DNA of 63,398 nucleotides from an uncultured Rhodospirillales bacterium (GTDB lineage: Bacteria > Pseudomonadota > Alphaproteobacteria > Acetobacterales > Acetobacteraceae), in contig CAIRTN010000008.1 of the NCBI GenBank assembly GCA_903881515.1, positions 1-63,398 of the forward strand, written 5' to 3'. How positions within the stretch are numbered: position 1 is the stretch's first letter; each line of letters begins with the position of its first letter. The notes beneath the pieces are model-generated. The model saw nothing but the letters and a program-made list of their open reading frames with translations, ran no database searches and had not been told where the DNA came from. Below are positions 54,725-63,398 of the stretch, piece after piece. The translations under genes and the position numbers were made by a program.

Positions 54725-57297
54725 CGGGCAGGAACTCCTTGACGGCGAATATTCGGCAACAGCGGCGCCGGCGGCGGGATCGCAGGATTGGCCCCCGCGG
54801 TATTGCCGCCCCGCGCAATCACCAGCGCGGCTGGACACGCATCCGCCTCACGATCCGGCGATACAGTGTCGATAGCCCGTCCCGACAATGCAGACAACGA
54901 ACCCACCGCGGCATCGGCCGCCGTCCCTTCGTCCAGCGTAATCGCCGGCGACCGGAAGCGCCCCGTCAGCTTCAGCGGCAGGCTGATCCCGTTCGCGGTA
55001 ATCCGCAGCAGCGGCCGCAGCCGCAGATCGAGCGTCTCTTCGCCCAATGCAAAACTGCCCCCGCCACGGATCAACGCCCGGCCAATATCCATCGCCAGCG
55101 CTGGCACCCTGGCATGGCCATTCTCGGCATCAACCCGCAAAGCGAAGCAGCGCAGCCGCGACCGCCCCGGCCCGAACAATAAATCCGACGGCACCCGCGC
55201 CGCACGCATCACCCCGCCCAGCAATGGCGCCAATAGCGCATTGTCGATCGCCCCATTGACCATACTCAGCCCCAGATGCCCGCGCGCCGTCCCGGCAAGA
55301 TCGTGCAGCGATGCACCGGTCCCGCTCAGGTCGGCATCGATCTCCAGCAACCCGGAAATATCCTCGGTCCGCCCAAACACCTCCAGCATCGGCCGCATAT
55401 CCAATCCAGGCGCCTTGATGGTCACTGCCATCGGCGATGGCGATGCCTTGCTGTCGATGTCCAACGTCATATCAAACGGGCCGCCCGGCAACGTCCCTGA
55501 AACCGGGCGCACGATGAGATGGCCGTCCTTGATTGTGGCCGCGGCACTGACACTCCGCCCGGTCATGCCGCCAAACGTCAAACTGTTCAACGTCGCCTGA
55601 AAATCCAGATCGAATGCCCCCATCCATTCGACGCCAAGCTTCTGGTCAGAAATGATCGGGCGAACCGAACGCTTGATCGGCAGCGCACCGAGCGGCATTT
55701 CGTTGGAAGGCGGCGCGAAGGAGACATTGGCAAAAGTTGTCATCAGCGCATCGACATCCAGCCGCTCGCCATGCAGATACAGGCCCAGCAAGGGCCGTTC
55801 TCCAGGCGTGAAATCGATATCGGCCCCAATATTGGCCTGCGGCATGCCGAGACTGCCGTCACGCAGCGCGTACGCCCCGGCCTCGGTGCGGGCGAGGCGC
55901 CCGGCGAAGGTGATCGGGCGCACCGCGGGCAGCTTGTGGCCAACAAAGGGGGCAAGGCTTGCGAGATCCGTCAGGCGAAGCTGCACCGAAAGGTCGAACC
56001 TCGGGTCGGAACGCAGCGTTGGCACAAAGCCCTTCACCGACAATGCAGACTCGCCCATGCTGACGGTGATGTCAGCCGGAATTGACGCCGTCGACGACAG
56101 AAAATCGACCAGCGAGCCAAACTCAGCCTTCACCCGCAGATCGGCCGCGGTCGCCGTGCCCTTCGCCTCCAGCTTCATCGCATCAGTGCCGTTGCGCGCG
56201 CTGAGTGTGGCCTGCTCGATCTTAAGGCCCGGGATGACACTGTTGAGGTCCGAAGAGCCTATCTGCGCGACAAGATTACTGAATTCCGGCACGCCGTCAG
56301 CATTGTCGGCAATTTGCAGGGCTAGGCTCATATTGTGCAGCGGCGGCAATTTCTGCCCGAGCAAACTGGCCAGCCCGGACGTATCGGCACCCTGCCCGTC
56401 AATACGCAGTTTGTAGCCCGCGCCCTCCAGCGGCCGCTCAAACGAGCCGGCCACGGTAAGGCGCAACCCCGGAATTTCGGCTGTAACCACTGCCCCCCAA
56501 GGCGGGCCGGACACCGCGGGATCGAGCAGGCGATCAATCCCACCGGTCGTGCCGTTGAAAACGATCGGCTGCGATCCGACCACCAATTCGGCGCCGATGG
56601 CGATATTGCCGTCGCGCGGATTCTCGCTGGTGGTAAACCGCCGCAGTGTTGCCTCTGCCGTCCGCCCCGAGCGGACATCGTGCCAGGTGATGTGCGCATC
56701 GCGCAGGTGCATGGCGCGGATCACCAAAGCAGCATCACGCGACGGCGGCGGCGTTTCGCGCCTGGCCCGTGTTGGCGCAACAACCGGCGCCGGCCTCGGG
56801 GTGGCCGGCACAGCGTTCGACACTGGCAAACCGAACTGCCAGTTGCCGCGGCCCCGGGCATCGGTCTCCAGCAGGATCTCAGCGTCCTCCATCACCAGAC
56901 GCTTGATGTCGATGCGGCCGAGCAACAGGGAGGTAAGTGACAGGTCGGCCTCAATATGGCCGATATTCAACATCTCTGGCCGCACCCCCCCTTGGCTGTT
57001 GGCCAGAGTGACTTTGGACGCAGCGAAGGTAACATGGCGCCAGGAGGTAATCGCCATCGGGCCATTGATATGCGCTTCACGCCCGGTGGCATTCCGCAAG
57101 GCCGCCTCGATGGAGGGGCGATGGGCGTTCGGATCATAGCGCAGGGCGGCAATCAAAAGCAGCACGATCAACCCGCCGAAGCCTGCCAGTGCCCACAGGA
57201 AGATCCGAAACAGCCGTTCTCGCTGCCGCTGCGCACGGGCGTGCGGCAGCGATTGCTGGGCGGTGATAAATGAGGGGATCGGGTCGCGCGGTTCCAT
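54721..57297 (-). CDS. AsmA family outer-membrane biogenesis protein
   Basis: 858 aa with an N-terminal TM anchor (FLWALAGFGGLIVLLLIAAL), then a long beta-rich periplasmic region with AsmA-like N- and C-terminal segments. Confidence 0.75.
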   Translation of the reverse strand: MEPRDPIPSFITAQQSLPHARAQRQRERLFRIFLWALAGFGGLIVLLLIAALRYDPNAHRPSIEAALRNATGREAHINGPMAITSWRHVTFAASKVTLANSQGGVRPEMLNIGHIEADLSLTSLLLGRIDIKRLVMEDAEILLETDARGRGNWQFGLPVSNAVPATPRPAPVVAPTRARRETPPPSRDAALVIRAMHLRDAHITWHDVRSGRTAEATLRRFTTSENPRDGNIAIGAELVVGSQPIVFNGTTGGIDRLLDPAVSGPPWGAVVTAEIPGLRLTVAGSFERPLEGAGYKLRIDGQGADTSGLASLLGQKLPPLHNMSLALQIADNADGVPEFSNLVAQIGSSDLNSVIPGLKIEQATLSARNGTDAMKLEAKGTATAADLRVKAEFGSLVDFLSSTASIPADITVSMGESALSVKGFVPTLRSDPRFDLSVQLRLTDLASLAPFVGHKLPAVRPITFAGRLARTEAGAYALRDGSLGMPQANIGADIDFTPGERPLLGLYLHGERLDVDALMTTFANVSFAPPSNEMPLGALPIKRSVRPIISDQKLGVEWMGAFDLDFQATLNSLTFGGMTGRSVSAAATIKDGHLIVRPVSGTLPGGPFDMTLDIDSKASPSPMAVTIKAPGLDMRPMLEVFGRTEDISGLLEIDADLSGTGASLHDLAGTARGHLGLSMVNGAIDNALLAPLLGGVMRAARVPSDLLFGPGRSRLRCFALRVDAENGHARVPALAMDIGRALIRGGGSFALGEETLDLRLRPLLRITANGISLPLKLTGRFRSPAITLDEGTAADAAVGSLSALSGRAIDTVSPDREADACPAALVIARGGNTAGANPAIPPPAPLLPNIRRQGVPAR

Positions 57298-57347
57298 CAG
57301 CAGTCTTGCGTTGATGCAAACACTCTAGCGCGGATTGGCACCGTACG

Positions 57348-58367
57348 TCATCGACGCCCGCCAGTGCGCCGTGGCGCGGCCGGTGGCGGCGCGGTGAAGC
57401 CCAGGGTGTGGAAGGTGGCGCGCATATGGGCCGGCAATTCGGCCTCCAGCGTCAGTGTGCCCCCATCCGGATGCGGTAAGCTGACCCGGCGGGCGTGCAA
57501 GTGCAGCGCATTGGACAGACCCTCGACCAACGCCGAGTTCCGTCGCACACCAAGGTGGTCGTATTGCATCAGCCCATAGGGCTCATCGCCAAGAATAGCG
57601 GCGCCGAGACCCGCGCAATGCACGCGAAGTTGATGCGTGCGGCCCGTCAGCGGTTGCAGTTCCAGCCAGGCCAGCTTGCGCCCGGCGTGATCCAGCGTGC
57701 GGTAATCGGTGATGGCATGGGCTTGGTCGGCATCAGGATCGTCGTCAGTGGCCAGCGCCACCCGTTCGCCGCGAAAGCCCTCCCGCTTGACCAACGGGGC
57801 GTCGATCCGGCCTTCGACCGGAACCGGCCGCCCGGTGACCACGGCCCAATAGGTCTTTTCCACCCCGCGCGAACGGAACGAAGCCGCGAGCTTGGCGGCC
57901 ACGCCAGGGGTACGGGCAACGACCAGGAGCCCAGACGTATCGCGGTCCAACCGATGCACCAGGCGCGGCCGATGCTCGGAGCCATAGCGGAGCGCGTCCA
58001 GCATCATGTCGACATGCTTGCGGATGCCGGGGCCGCCCTGGGTCGGCAGGCCGGGAGGCTTGTCGAGCACGATGATGTGCTCGTCCTTGTAGAGCACCAT
58101 CGACTCGGCCTCGCGGATCAATTCCGGGGCAAGTTCGGGCGCCGGCTTTGGCGTCGTTGTCGGCGTGGGAATCGGCGGGATGCGCACGGATTGCCCCGGC
58201 GCCAGGCGCGTTGCCGTCTCCACCCGCTTGCCATCGACACGCACCTGGCCGGTGCGGCACAGCTTCTGCAGCACCCCCTGGGTCAGACTGGGGAAATGGC
58301 GGCGGAGCCAGCGGTCGAGGCGGATATCGGCCTCGTCCTCGGCGACAATACGGTGCGTGATGGTCAT
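57348..58367 (-). CDS. RluA/RluC/RluD family 23S rRNA pseudouridine synthase
   Basis: S4-like RLDRWLRRHFP..., catalytic HRLDRDTSGLLVVA, and HQLRVH. Start at ATG 58367, overlapping the rarA stop (ATGA). Confidence 0.85.
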   Translation of the reverse strand: MTITHRIVAEDEADIRLDRWLRRHFPSLTQGVLQKLCRTGQVRVDGKRVETATRLAPGQSVRIPPIPTPTTTPKPAPELAPELIREAESMVLYKDEHIIVLDKPPGLPTQGGPGIRKHVDMMLDALRYGSEHRPRLVHRLDRDTSGLLVVARTPGVAAKLAASFRSRGVEKTYWAVVTGRPVPVEGRIDAPLVKREGFRGERVALATDDDPDADQAHAITDYRTLDHAGRKLAWLELQPLTGRTHQLRVHCAGLGAAILGDEPYGLMQYDHLGVRRNSALVEGLSNALHLHARRVSLPHPDGGTLTLEAELPAHMRATFHTLGFTAPPPAAPRRTGGRR

Positions 58368-59659
58368 TTCTGCTTCTCTGCGCGGAGTTTCGCCCAATAG
58401 TCGAGGCGTTTCGCGATTTCGCGCTCGAAGCCGCGATCGCGGGGGCGGTAGAGGTTTTCGCGGGGCATGCCGTCGGGAAAATAGTTCTGGCCGGAGAAGC
58501 CATCCTCGGTGTCGTGATCATAGGCATAGCCGGCGCCGTAGCCGAGGTTTTTCATCAACTTGGTCGGCGCATTGAGGATATGCGCCGGCGGCATCAGGCT
58601 GCCGGTCGCCTTCGCCATGCGGAGCGCCGCGCCATGCGCCTTGTAGAGCGCGTTCGATTTCGGTGCGGTCGCCAGATAGACCACGACCTGCGAGATCGCC
58701 AGATCGCCCTCGGGCGAGCCGAGGCGCTCATAGGTCTGCCAGCCGGCCAGCGCCTGGGTGATGGCGTTGGGGTCGGCGAGGCCGATATCCTCATTGGCGA
58801 AGCGGACCAAGCGGCGAGCGATGTAGCGCGGGTCCTCGCCGCCGGCGATCATCCGGGCGAACCAGTAAAGCGCCGCGTCGCAATCGGACCCGCGCAAGGA
58901 TTTATGCAGGGCGGAGATGAGGTTGTAATGCTCCTCCCGGTCCTTGTCGTAGAGCGCGGCACGCTTGGCCAACAACTCCGACAAGGCGGCAGTATCGAGC
59001 GGAGCGGTGTCCTCGGGCAGGGCCAGAAGCTGTTCGACGAGATTGAGCAGGTAGCGCCCGTCGCCGTCGGCCATGGCGCGCAACACGCCGCGGGCCTCCG
59101 GGTCCAGCGGCAAAGCGCGGGTTGCCGCCTCGGCACGGGCGAGCAACTGCTCGAGCCCGGTATCGTCGAGGCGGCGCAGGACCAGCACCTGACAACGCGA
59201 CAGCAGCGCGCCGTTCAGTGCAAAGGAGGGGTTCTCGGTGGTGGCGCCGATCAGGGTGACAGTGCCGTTCTCGACAAAGGGCAGGAAGCCATCCTGCTGC
59301 GCGCGGTTGAAGCGGTGGATCTCGTCGACGAATAGCAAGGTCCGGCCGCCACGGGCGGCGGCGTCCTCGAACACGCGCTTGAGGTCGGCCACGCCAGAAA
59401 ACACCGCCGACAGCTGCACAAAGGCCAGATTGGCGCGCTCGGCGAGCAGGCGGGCGATGGTGGTCTTGCCGACGCCCGGCGGACCCCAAAGGATCAGCGA
59501 GGCGAGCGAGCCGCGCGCCAGCATCCGCGTGAGTGTTCCGGTCGGCCCCAGCAGGTGATCCTGACCGATGACCTCTTCAAGCGCCAAAGGCCGCAGGCGA
59601 TCAGCCAGCGGCTTCGGGACATCTTCGGTAAACAGCGAGGGGGAGGGTTTTCGGGACAC
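58364..59659 (-). CDS. rarA: replication-associated recombination protein A (AAA+ ATPase)
   Basis: Walker A GPPGVGKTT, Walker B LFVDEIHRFN, and MgsA C-terminal domain (LHKSLRGSD.DAALYW). GTG start. Confidence 0.9.
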   Translation of the reverse strand: MSRKPSPSLFTEDVPKPLADRLRPLALEEVIGQDHLLGPTGTLTRMLARGSLASLILWGPPGVGKTTIARLLAERANLAFVQLSAVFSGVADLKRVFEDAAARGGRTLLFVDEIHRFNRAQQDGFLPFVENGTVTLIGATTENPSFALNGALLSRCQVLVLRRLDDTGLEQLLARAEAATRALPLDPEARGVLRAMADGDGRYLLNLVEQLLALPEDTAPLDTAALSELLAKRAALYDKDREEHYNLISALHKSLRGSDCDAALYWFARMIAGGEDPRYIARRLVRFANEDIGLADPNAITQALAGWQTYERLGSPEGDLAISQVVVYLATAPKSNALYKAHGAALRMAKATGSLMPPAHILNAPTKLMKNLGYGAGYAYDHDTEDGFSGQNYFPDGMPRENLYRPRDRGFEREIAKRLDYWAKLRAEKQK

Positions 59660-59709
59660 GATCCCTGGAACCCTACCAGTTCCGCGCGATCGACGCCAAA
59701 GCTGGGGAC

Positions 59710-59727
59710 GCGGGGCTGACGCCCCGC
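59710..59727 (-). terminator. GC-rich hairpin downstream of rplQ (possible weak terminator)
   Basis: GCGGGGC-tgac-GCCCCGC lies 8 nt after the rplQ stop. On the minus strand only a short TTT follows, so this is weak. Confidence 0.3.
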
Positions 59728-59734
59728 TTCCGGC

Positions 59735-60160
59735 TTATTCGGCGTCGTCGCCTTCGGCTTCGACGACCTGCTTCGGGCCGCTATCCAGGCCCTTGGCGCC
59801 CGGGTCGCGATCGACCAGTTCGATCACCGCCATATCAGCGGCATCGCCATAGCGCACGCCCGCCTTCAGCACGCGGGCGTAGCCGCCCTGGCGGTCCTTG
59901 TAGCGCTCGGCAATGGTGGTGAAGAGCTTGGTGACGATCACGTCATCACGCAGCTGGGCATAGGCCTGGCGACGGGCATGCAGGCCGCCGCGCTTGCCGA
60001 GCGTGATCAGCTTCTCAACCACCGGGCGCAGCTCCTTGGCCTTGGGCAGCGTGGTGGTGATCTGCTCGTGCTTGATCAGCGCGTGCGCCATGTTGCGGAA
60101 CATGGCGAAGCGATGAGTATCCGTAACGCCGAGCTTACGGCCGGCAACTCCGTGACGCAT
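59735..60160 (-). CDS. rplQ: 50S ribosomal protein L17
   Basis: [25 protein letters not shown]... Confidence 0.95.
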   Translation of the reverse strand: MRHGVAGRKLGVTDTHRFAMFRNMAHALIKHEQITTTLPKAKELRPVVEKLITLGKRGGLHARRQAYAQLRDDVIVTKLFTTIAERYKDRQGGYARVLKAGVRYGDAADMAVIELVDRDPGAKGLDSGPKQVVEAEGDDAE

Positions 60161-60180
60161 GGTCTAGCTCCCTTTCCCGC

Positions 60181-61212
60181 TTAAAACGGCTCTTCAAGCC
60201 GTTTGGCGAGGTCTTCAACATTTTCAGGCGGCCAACCGGACACGGTCATGCCGAGCGCGAGACCCATGGCAGTAAGAACTTCCTTGATCTCGTTCAACGA
60301 CTTGCGGCCAAAGTTCGGCGTGCGCAGCATTTCCTGTTCGGACTTCTGCACGAGGTCGCCGATGTAGACGATATTATCGTTCTTGAGGCAGTTCGCGCTG
60401 CGGACCGACAGCTCAAGCTCGTCAACCTTGCGCAGCAGGTTGCGGTTGAACGGCAGGTCGTCCTGCGGCTCCTCAAGGCGCAGCTGCTGCGGCTCATCGA
60501 AGTTGATGAACAGCTGGAGCTGGTCCTGCAGAATGCGGGCTGACAGGGCGACGGCGTCCTCGGGCGACACCGCGCCGTTGGTCTCAACCGTCAGCAGCAG
60601 CTTGTCATAGTCGGTCACCTGGCCGACGCGGGTCGGCTCGACGCGATAGGACACGCGACGCACCGGCGAGAAGATGCTGTCGACCGGGATCAAGCCGATT
60701 GGCGCGTCTTCCGGACGGTTCGCGGCGGCGGGGACGTAACCCTTGCCCATCTGCACGGTGAATTCCATGCCGAGCTTGACGCCTTCGTCGAGCGTGCAGA
60801 TCACCAGCTCCGGGTTCATCACGTCGATGTCGTGACCGGCCTGGATCTGGCCTGCCTTGACTTCGCCGGGGCCGGTGGCGGTCAGCATCATGCGCTTCGG
60901 GCCGTCGCCGTGCATGCGCAGCGCGAGCTGCTTTATGTTCAGCACGATGTCGGTCACGTCTTCGCGGACGCCGGCGATCGAGCTGAACTCGTGCAGCACG
61001 CCGTCGATCTGCACCGCGGTCACCGCGGCGCCTTGCAGCGAGGACAGCAGCACGCGGCGGATCGCATTGCCCAGCGTCATGCCGAAGCCGCGCTCAAGCG
61101 GCTCAGCAACGATGGTGGCGACGCGCGCGGCGTCGTCGCCGGGATCAACCTCAAGCTTTTCCGGCTTGATCAGGCTCTGCCAGTTTCTCTGCAGAACAGC
61201 GCTCAATCGCAT
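60181..61212 (-). CDS. rpoA: DNA-directed RNA polymerase subunit alpha
   Basis: [13 protein letters not shown]...[11 protein letters not shown]... and C-terminal domain [22 protein letters not shown]. Confidence 0.95.
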   Translation of the reverse strand: MRLSAVLQRNWQSLIKPEKLEVDPGDDAARVATIVAEPLERGFGMTLGNAIRRVLLSSLQGAAVTAVQIDGVLHEFSSIAGVREDVTDIVLNIKQLALRMHGDGPKRMMLTATGPGEVKAGQIQAGHDIDVMNPELVICTLDEGVKLGMEFTVQMGKGYVPAAANRPEDAPIGLIPVDSIFSPVRRVSYRVEPTRVGQVTDYDKLLLTVETNGAVSPEDAVALSARILQDQLQLFINFDEPQQLRLEEPQDDLPFNRNLLRKVDELELSVRSANCLKNDNIVYIGDLVQKSEQEMLRTPNFGRKSLNEIKEVLTAMGLALGMTVSGWPPENVEDLAKRLEEPF

Positions 61213-61321
61213 CTATTCGTCACCTTGCAGCAATGGCCCCCGCAACCACGCGCCGGGGGGCCGAATAGCGATTGGCCGGGGAAACCGGCCAGGGTGCCGC
61301 GCACGGGGCGCGGCACTTAAG

Positions 61322-61714
61322 TCAGACGCGCCGACGCTTGCGCGGACGGCAGCCGTTATGCGGAACCGGTGTCATGTCGCGGATCGAGGTGATCATGAAG
61401 CCGACCGCCTGCAACGCACGCAACGCGCTCTCACGGCCCGAACCGGGGCCGCTGACTTCAATCTCCAGCGTCTCCATGCCGTGCTCGCGGGCCTTCTTGC
61501 CGGCGTCTTCGGCGGCGACCTGAGCGGCATACGGCGTGGACTTGCGGCTGCCCTTGAAGCCCTGCGCACCAGCCGACGACCAGGCGATAGCGTTGCCCTG
61601 TGCGTCGGTGATGGTGATCATCGTGTTGTTGAACGTCGCGGCAACGTGCGCCACGCCGGACGTGATGTTTTTGCGCTCTTTCTTGCGAGTGCGCGCAGCA
61701 GCGGGCTTCGCCAT
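61322..61714 (-). CDS. rpsK: 30S ribosomal protein S11
   Basis: [20 protein letters not shown]...WSSAG...[12 protein letters not shown]. Confidence 0.95.
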   Translation of the reverse strand: MAKPAAARTRKKERKNITSGVAHVAATFNNTMITITDAQGNAIAWSSAGAQGFKGSRKSTPYAAQVAAEDAGKKAREHGMETLEIEVSGPGSGRESALRALQAVGFMITSIRDMTPVPHNGCRPRKRRRV

Positions 61715-61796
61715 GAGGTGTTCGTCCTATCGATCGATCGTCTGGGGCCACGCCGAGGCGCAGCGGAAATTCTGAAAAAGCAGGACGCGGCGCGGC

Positions 61797-62180
61797 CTAC
61801 TTCGTCACCTTCTTCTTGCCGGCGATCGCAACCGCCTTGCCCTTGCGGGTGCGCGCATTGGTATGCGTGCGCTGACCGCGGACCGGCAGACCGCGACGAT
61901 GGCGCAGGCCGCGATAGCAGCCGAGGTCCATCAGGCGCTTGATATTCATCGCCACTTCGCGGCGGAGGTCACCCTCCACGCGGAATTCACGATCGATCAG
62001 TTCGCGGATACGCAGCACCTCATCGTCAGAGAGCTGGTTCACACGACGGTCATCGGGGATGCCGAGCTGGGTGCAGATGTCCTGCGCCTTTTTCGGGCCG
62101 ATACCATAGATATAGCGAAGGCTGATCGTCACCCGCTTGTTGGTCGGGATGTTCACGCCGGCAATACGCGCCACGCCCAT
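61797..62180 (-). CDS. rpsM: 30S ribosomal protein S13
   Basis: [14 protein letters not shown]...YIYGIG. The start may be ATG 62180 or GTG 62174. Confidence 0.95.
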   Translation of the reverse strand: MGVARIAGVNIPTNKRVTISLRYIYGIGPKKAQDICTQLGIPDDRRVNQLSDDEVLRIRELIDREFRVEGDLRREVAMNIKRLMDLGCYRGLRHRRGLPVRGQRTHTNARTRKGKAVAIAGKKKVTK

Positions 62181-62409
62181 TCACTCCTTTAACTCCAGGA
62201 TTGCTCCCGGACACCGAATGGCTGTGCCAGCCGGCTTGCTTCGCCCGTTAAGGCTTGATGAAAACACAGTGACGGCGCCCACAGAGTGGGAGCCGCCAAG
62301 GGCGCGCACTATAGCCAGCGACCTTGGGGAGTCAATTCGCTCTGATCAACTCTTCGTGATCAGAGCGTTTTTCCAGCGAAGACCTGCCACGCGCCACAAG
62401 CGGGCGCGG

Positions 62410-63069
62410 TCAGGCCGCCACCAGCGTGTCGAGCAACGCCGTCAGTTCAACGGTGACGGCGTCGATATCGGCCATGCCGTCCACTTCGCGCAGTTTCCCC
62501 TGGGCCGCGTAATGCGGCAGGATCGGGGCTGTCTGGGCATGGTAGGCGGCGAGACGGGCACCAACGGTTTCGCGATTATCGTCGGCACGGCGGACAAACG
62601 CTGTGCCGCCGCACTTGTCGCAGACGCCCGCGATGACCGGCTTCTGGAATTCGTCATGGTAGCCGGCGCCGCACGCCTTGCAGGTGTAGCGGCCGGCGAT
62701 GCGATCGGTCAGCGCGGCGTCGTCCACCTTGAGCTCGACCACCATGTCGATCTGCATCGATTTCGAGGTGAGCATGGCATCCAGCGCCTGCGCCTGCGGC
62801 ACAGTGCGGGGGAAACCATCCAGGATGAAGCCCGGCGCGCAATCGGCACGCTCGATCCGGCCGGCCAGCATGCGGATAAGGATGTCGTCGGAGACCAGTT
62901 GGCCGGCTTCCATCACCGCTTTGGCCTGCAGGCCGACCTCGCTGCCGGCGGAGACCTCGGCGCGCAGCATGTCGCCGGTCGAGATCTGCACGACGCCGTA
63001 GCGGTCTTGCAGGCGCTTGGCCTGGGTTCCTTTTCCGGCGCCTGGCGGCCCCAGCAGAATCAGTTTCAC
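62410..63069 (-). CDS. adk: adenylate kinase
   Basis: MKLILLGPPGAGKGTQA P-loop. LID domain with C..CG...C.KCGG zinc-type motif. Confidence 0.95.
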   Translation of the reverse strand: MKLILLGPPGAGKGTQAKRLQDRYGVVQISTGDMLRAEVSAGSEVGLQAKAVMEAGQLVSDDILIRMLAGRIERADCAPGFILDGFPRTVPQAQALDAMLTSKSMQIDMVVELKVDDAALTDRIAGRYTCKACGAGYHDEFQKPVIAGVCDKCGGTAFVRRADDNRETVGARLAAYHAQTAPILPHYAAQGKLREVDGMADIDAVTVELTALLDTLVAA

Positions 63070-63398
63070 CGACCTCTCCCTTTCACCCGGGCCTTCTTGA
63101 TCAGGCCTTCATATTGATGCGCGATGAGATGCGACTGGATCTGCGTCACCGTGTCCATCGTCACCGAGACGATGATCATCAGCGAGGTGCCGCCGAAGTA
63201 GAACGGCACGCCATAGCGGCTGATCAGGATTTCCGGCAGCAGGCAGACTACGCAGAGATAGATCGCGCCGATGGTGGTGAGGCGCGTGAGGATATGGTCG
63301 AAATGATCGGCGGTCGCGCTGCCTGGCCGGATGCCAGGCACGAATCCACCGTATTTCTTCAGGTTGTCGGCCGTCTCCTGCGGGTTGAAGACGACGGC
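63066..63398 (-). CDS. secY: preprotein translocase subunit SecY (C-terminal part, truncated by window edge)
   Basis: ...NLKKYGGFVPGIRPG..T..H....L.RLT..GA.YL...CLLPE...FYFGGTSLMIIVSV.MDT..QI.SHL. The stop overlaps the adk start. Confidence 0.9.
   Translation of the reverse strand, partial: AVVFNPQETADNLKKYGGFVPGIRPGSATADHFDHILTRLTTIGAIYLCVVCLLPEILISRYGVPFYFGGTSLMIIVSVTMDTVTQIQSHLIAHQYEGLIKKARVKGRGR

Noticed and set aside
52826-54742. 638-aa plus-strand ORF across dedA/acyP/ATP12
   Set aside because: It is an Arg/Pro/Gln/His-rich shadow ORF antisense to three recognisable minus-strand genes.

Overview
High-GC (about 68%) alphaproteobacterial chromosome segment. The gene content and order look Rhodospirillales/Acetobacteraceae-like, but that placement is inference. 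The window is almost fully coding and mostly core genes. From left to right: (1) galU and pgm. (2) A chemotaxis operon on the minus strand, chpT-like/cheA-REC/cheW/cheY/cheB/cheR, with no MCP gene. (3) moaA, a YhdP/AsmA-like giant envelope protein, glnE and bcp. (4) A late flagellar island, with flgD-fliK divergent from flgE-flgK-flgL, then flagellin, flbT and flaF. (5) Two translationally coupled TPR enzymes, a methyltransferase and a GT41/SPINDLY-type glycosyltransferase. (6) A small accessory-looking metabolic block: ThrC-like PLP enzyme, MlrC/M81 peptidase and D-TA-family PLP enzyme in one coupled operon, a divergent M20 peptidase, and a hydratase coupled to a GT-C-like membrane protein. 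(7) ribF-ileS-lspA, pgi, mutL, RNA-modification genes, tadA, dedA, acyP, an ATP12 chaperone and a second AsmA protein. (8) The end of the ribosomal spc/alpha region (secY' adk rpsM rpsK rpoA rplQ). I saw no rRNA, tRNA, CRISPR array, IS element or integrase. The most unusual signal is a roughly 0.6 kb AT-flanked cassette present twice (about 2560-3141 and 52690-53221). Each copy carries its own sigma70-like promoter placed for a leaderless mRNA. Each encodes a paralogous orphan protein with a conserved N-terminal core (LFTAWR-GTLP) and a Pro/Arg-rich tail. Each ends in a conserved AT-rich inverted repeat abutting the stop of a convergent gene. Other points worth a second look: a ChpT-type histidine phosphotransferase heading the che operon with a CheA-REC hybrid; candidate flagellin-modification enzymes; divergent sigma54 promoters at fliK/flgE; and a sharp 275-nt low-GC patch inside ileS. 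The ORF track translates GTG/TTG first codons as M, and many long ORFs are high-GC antisense artefacts. I refined starts by eye using internal ATG/GTG codons, Shine-Dalgarno motifs and stop/start overlaps.
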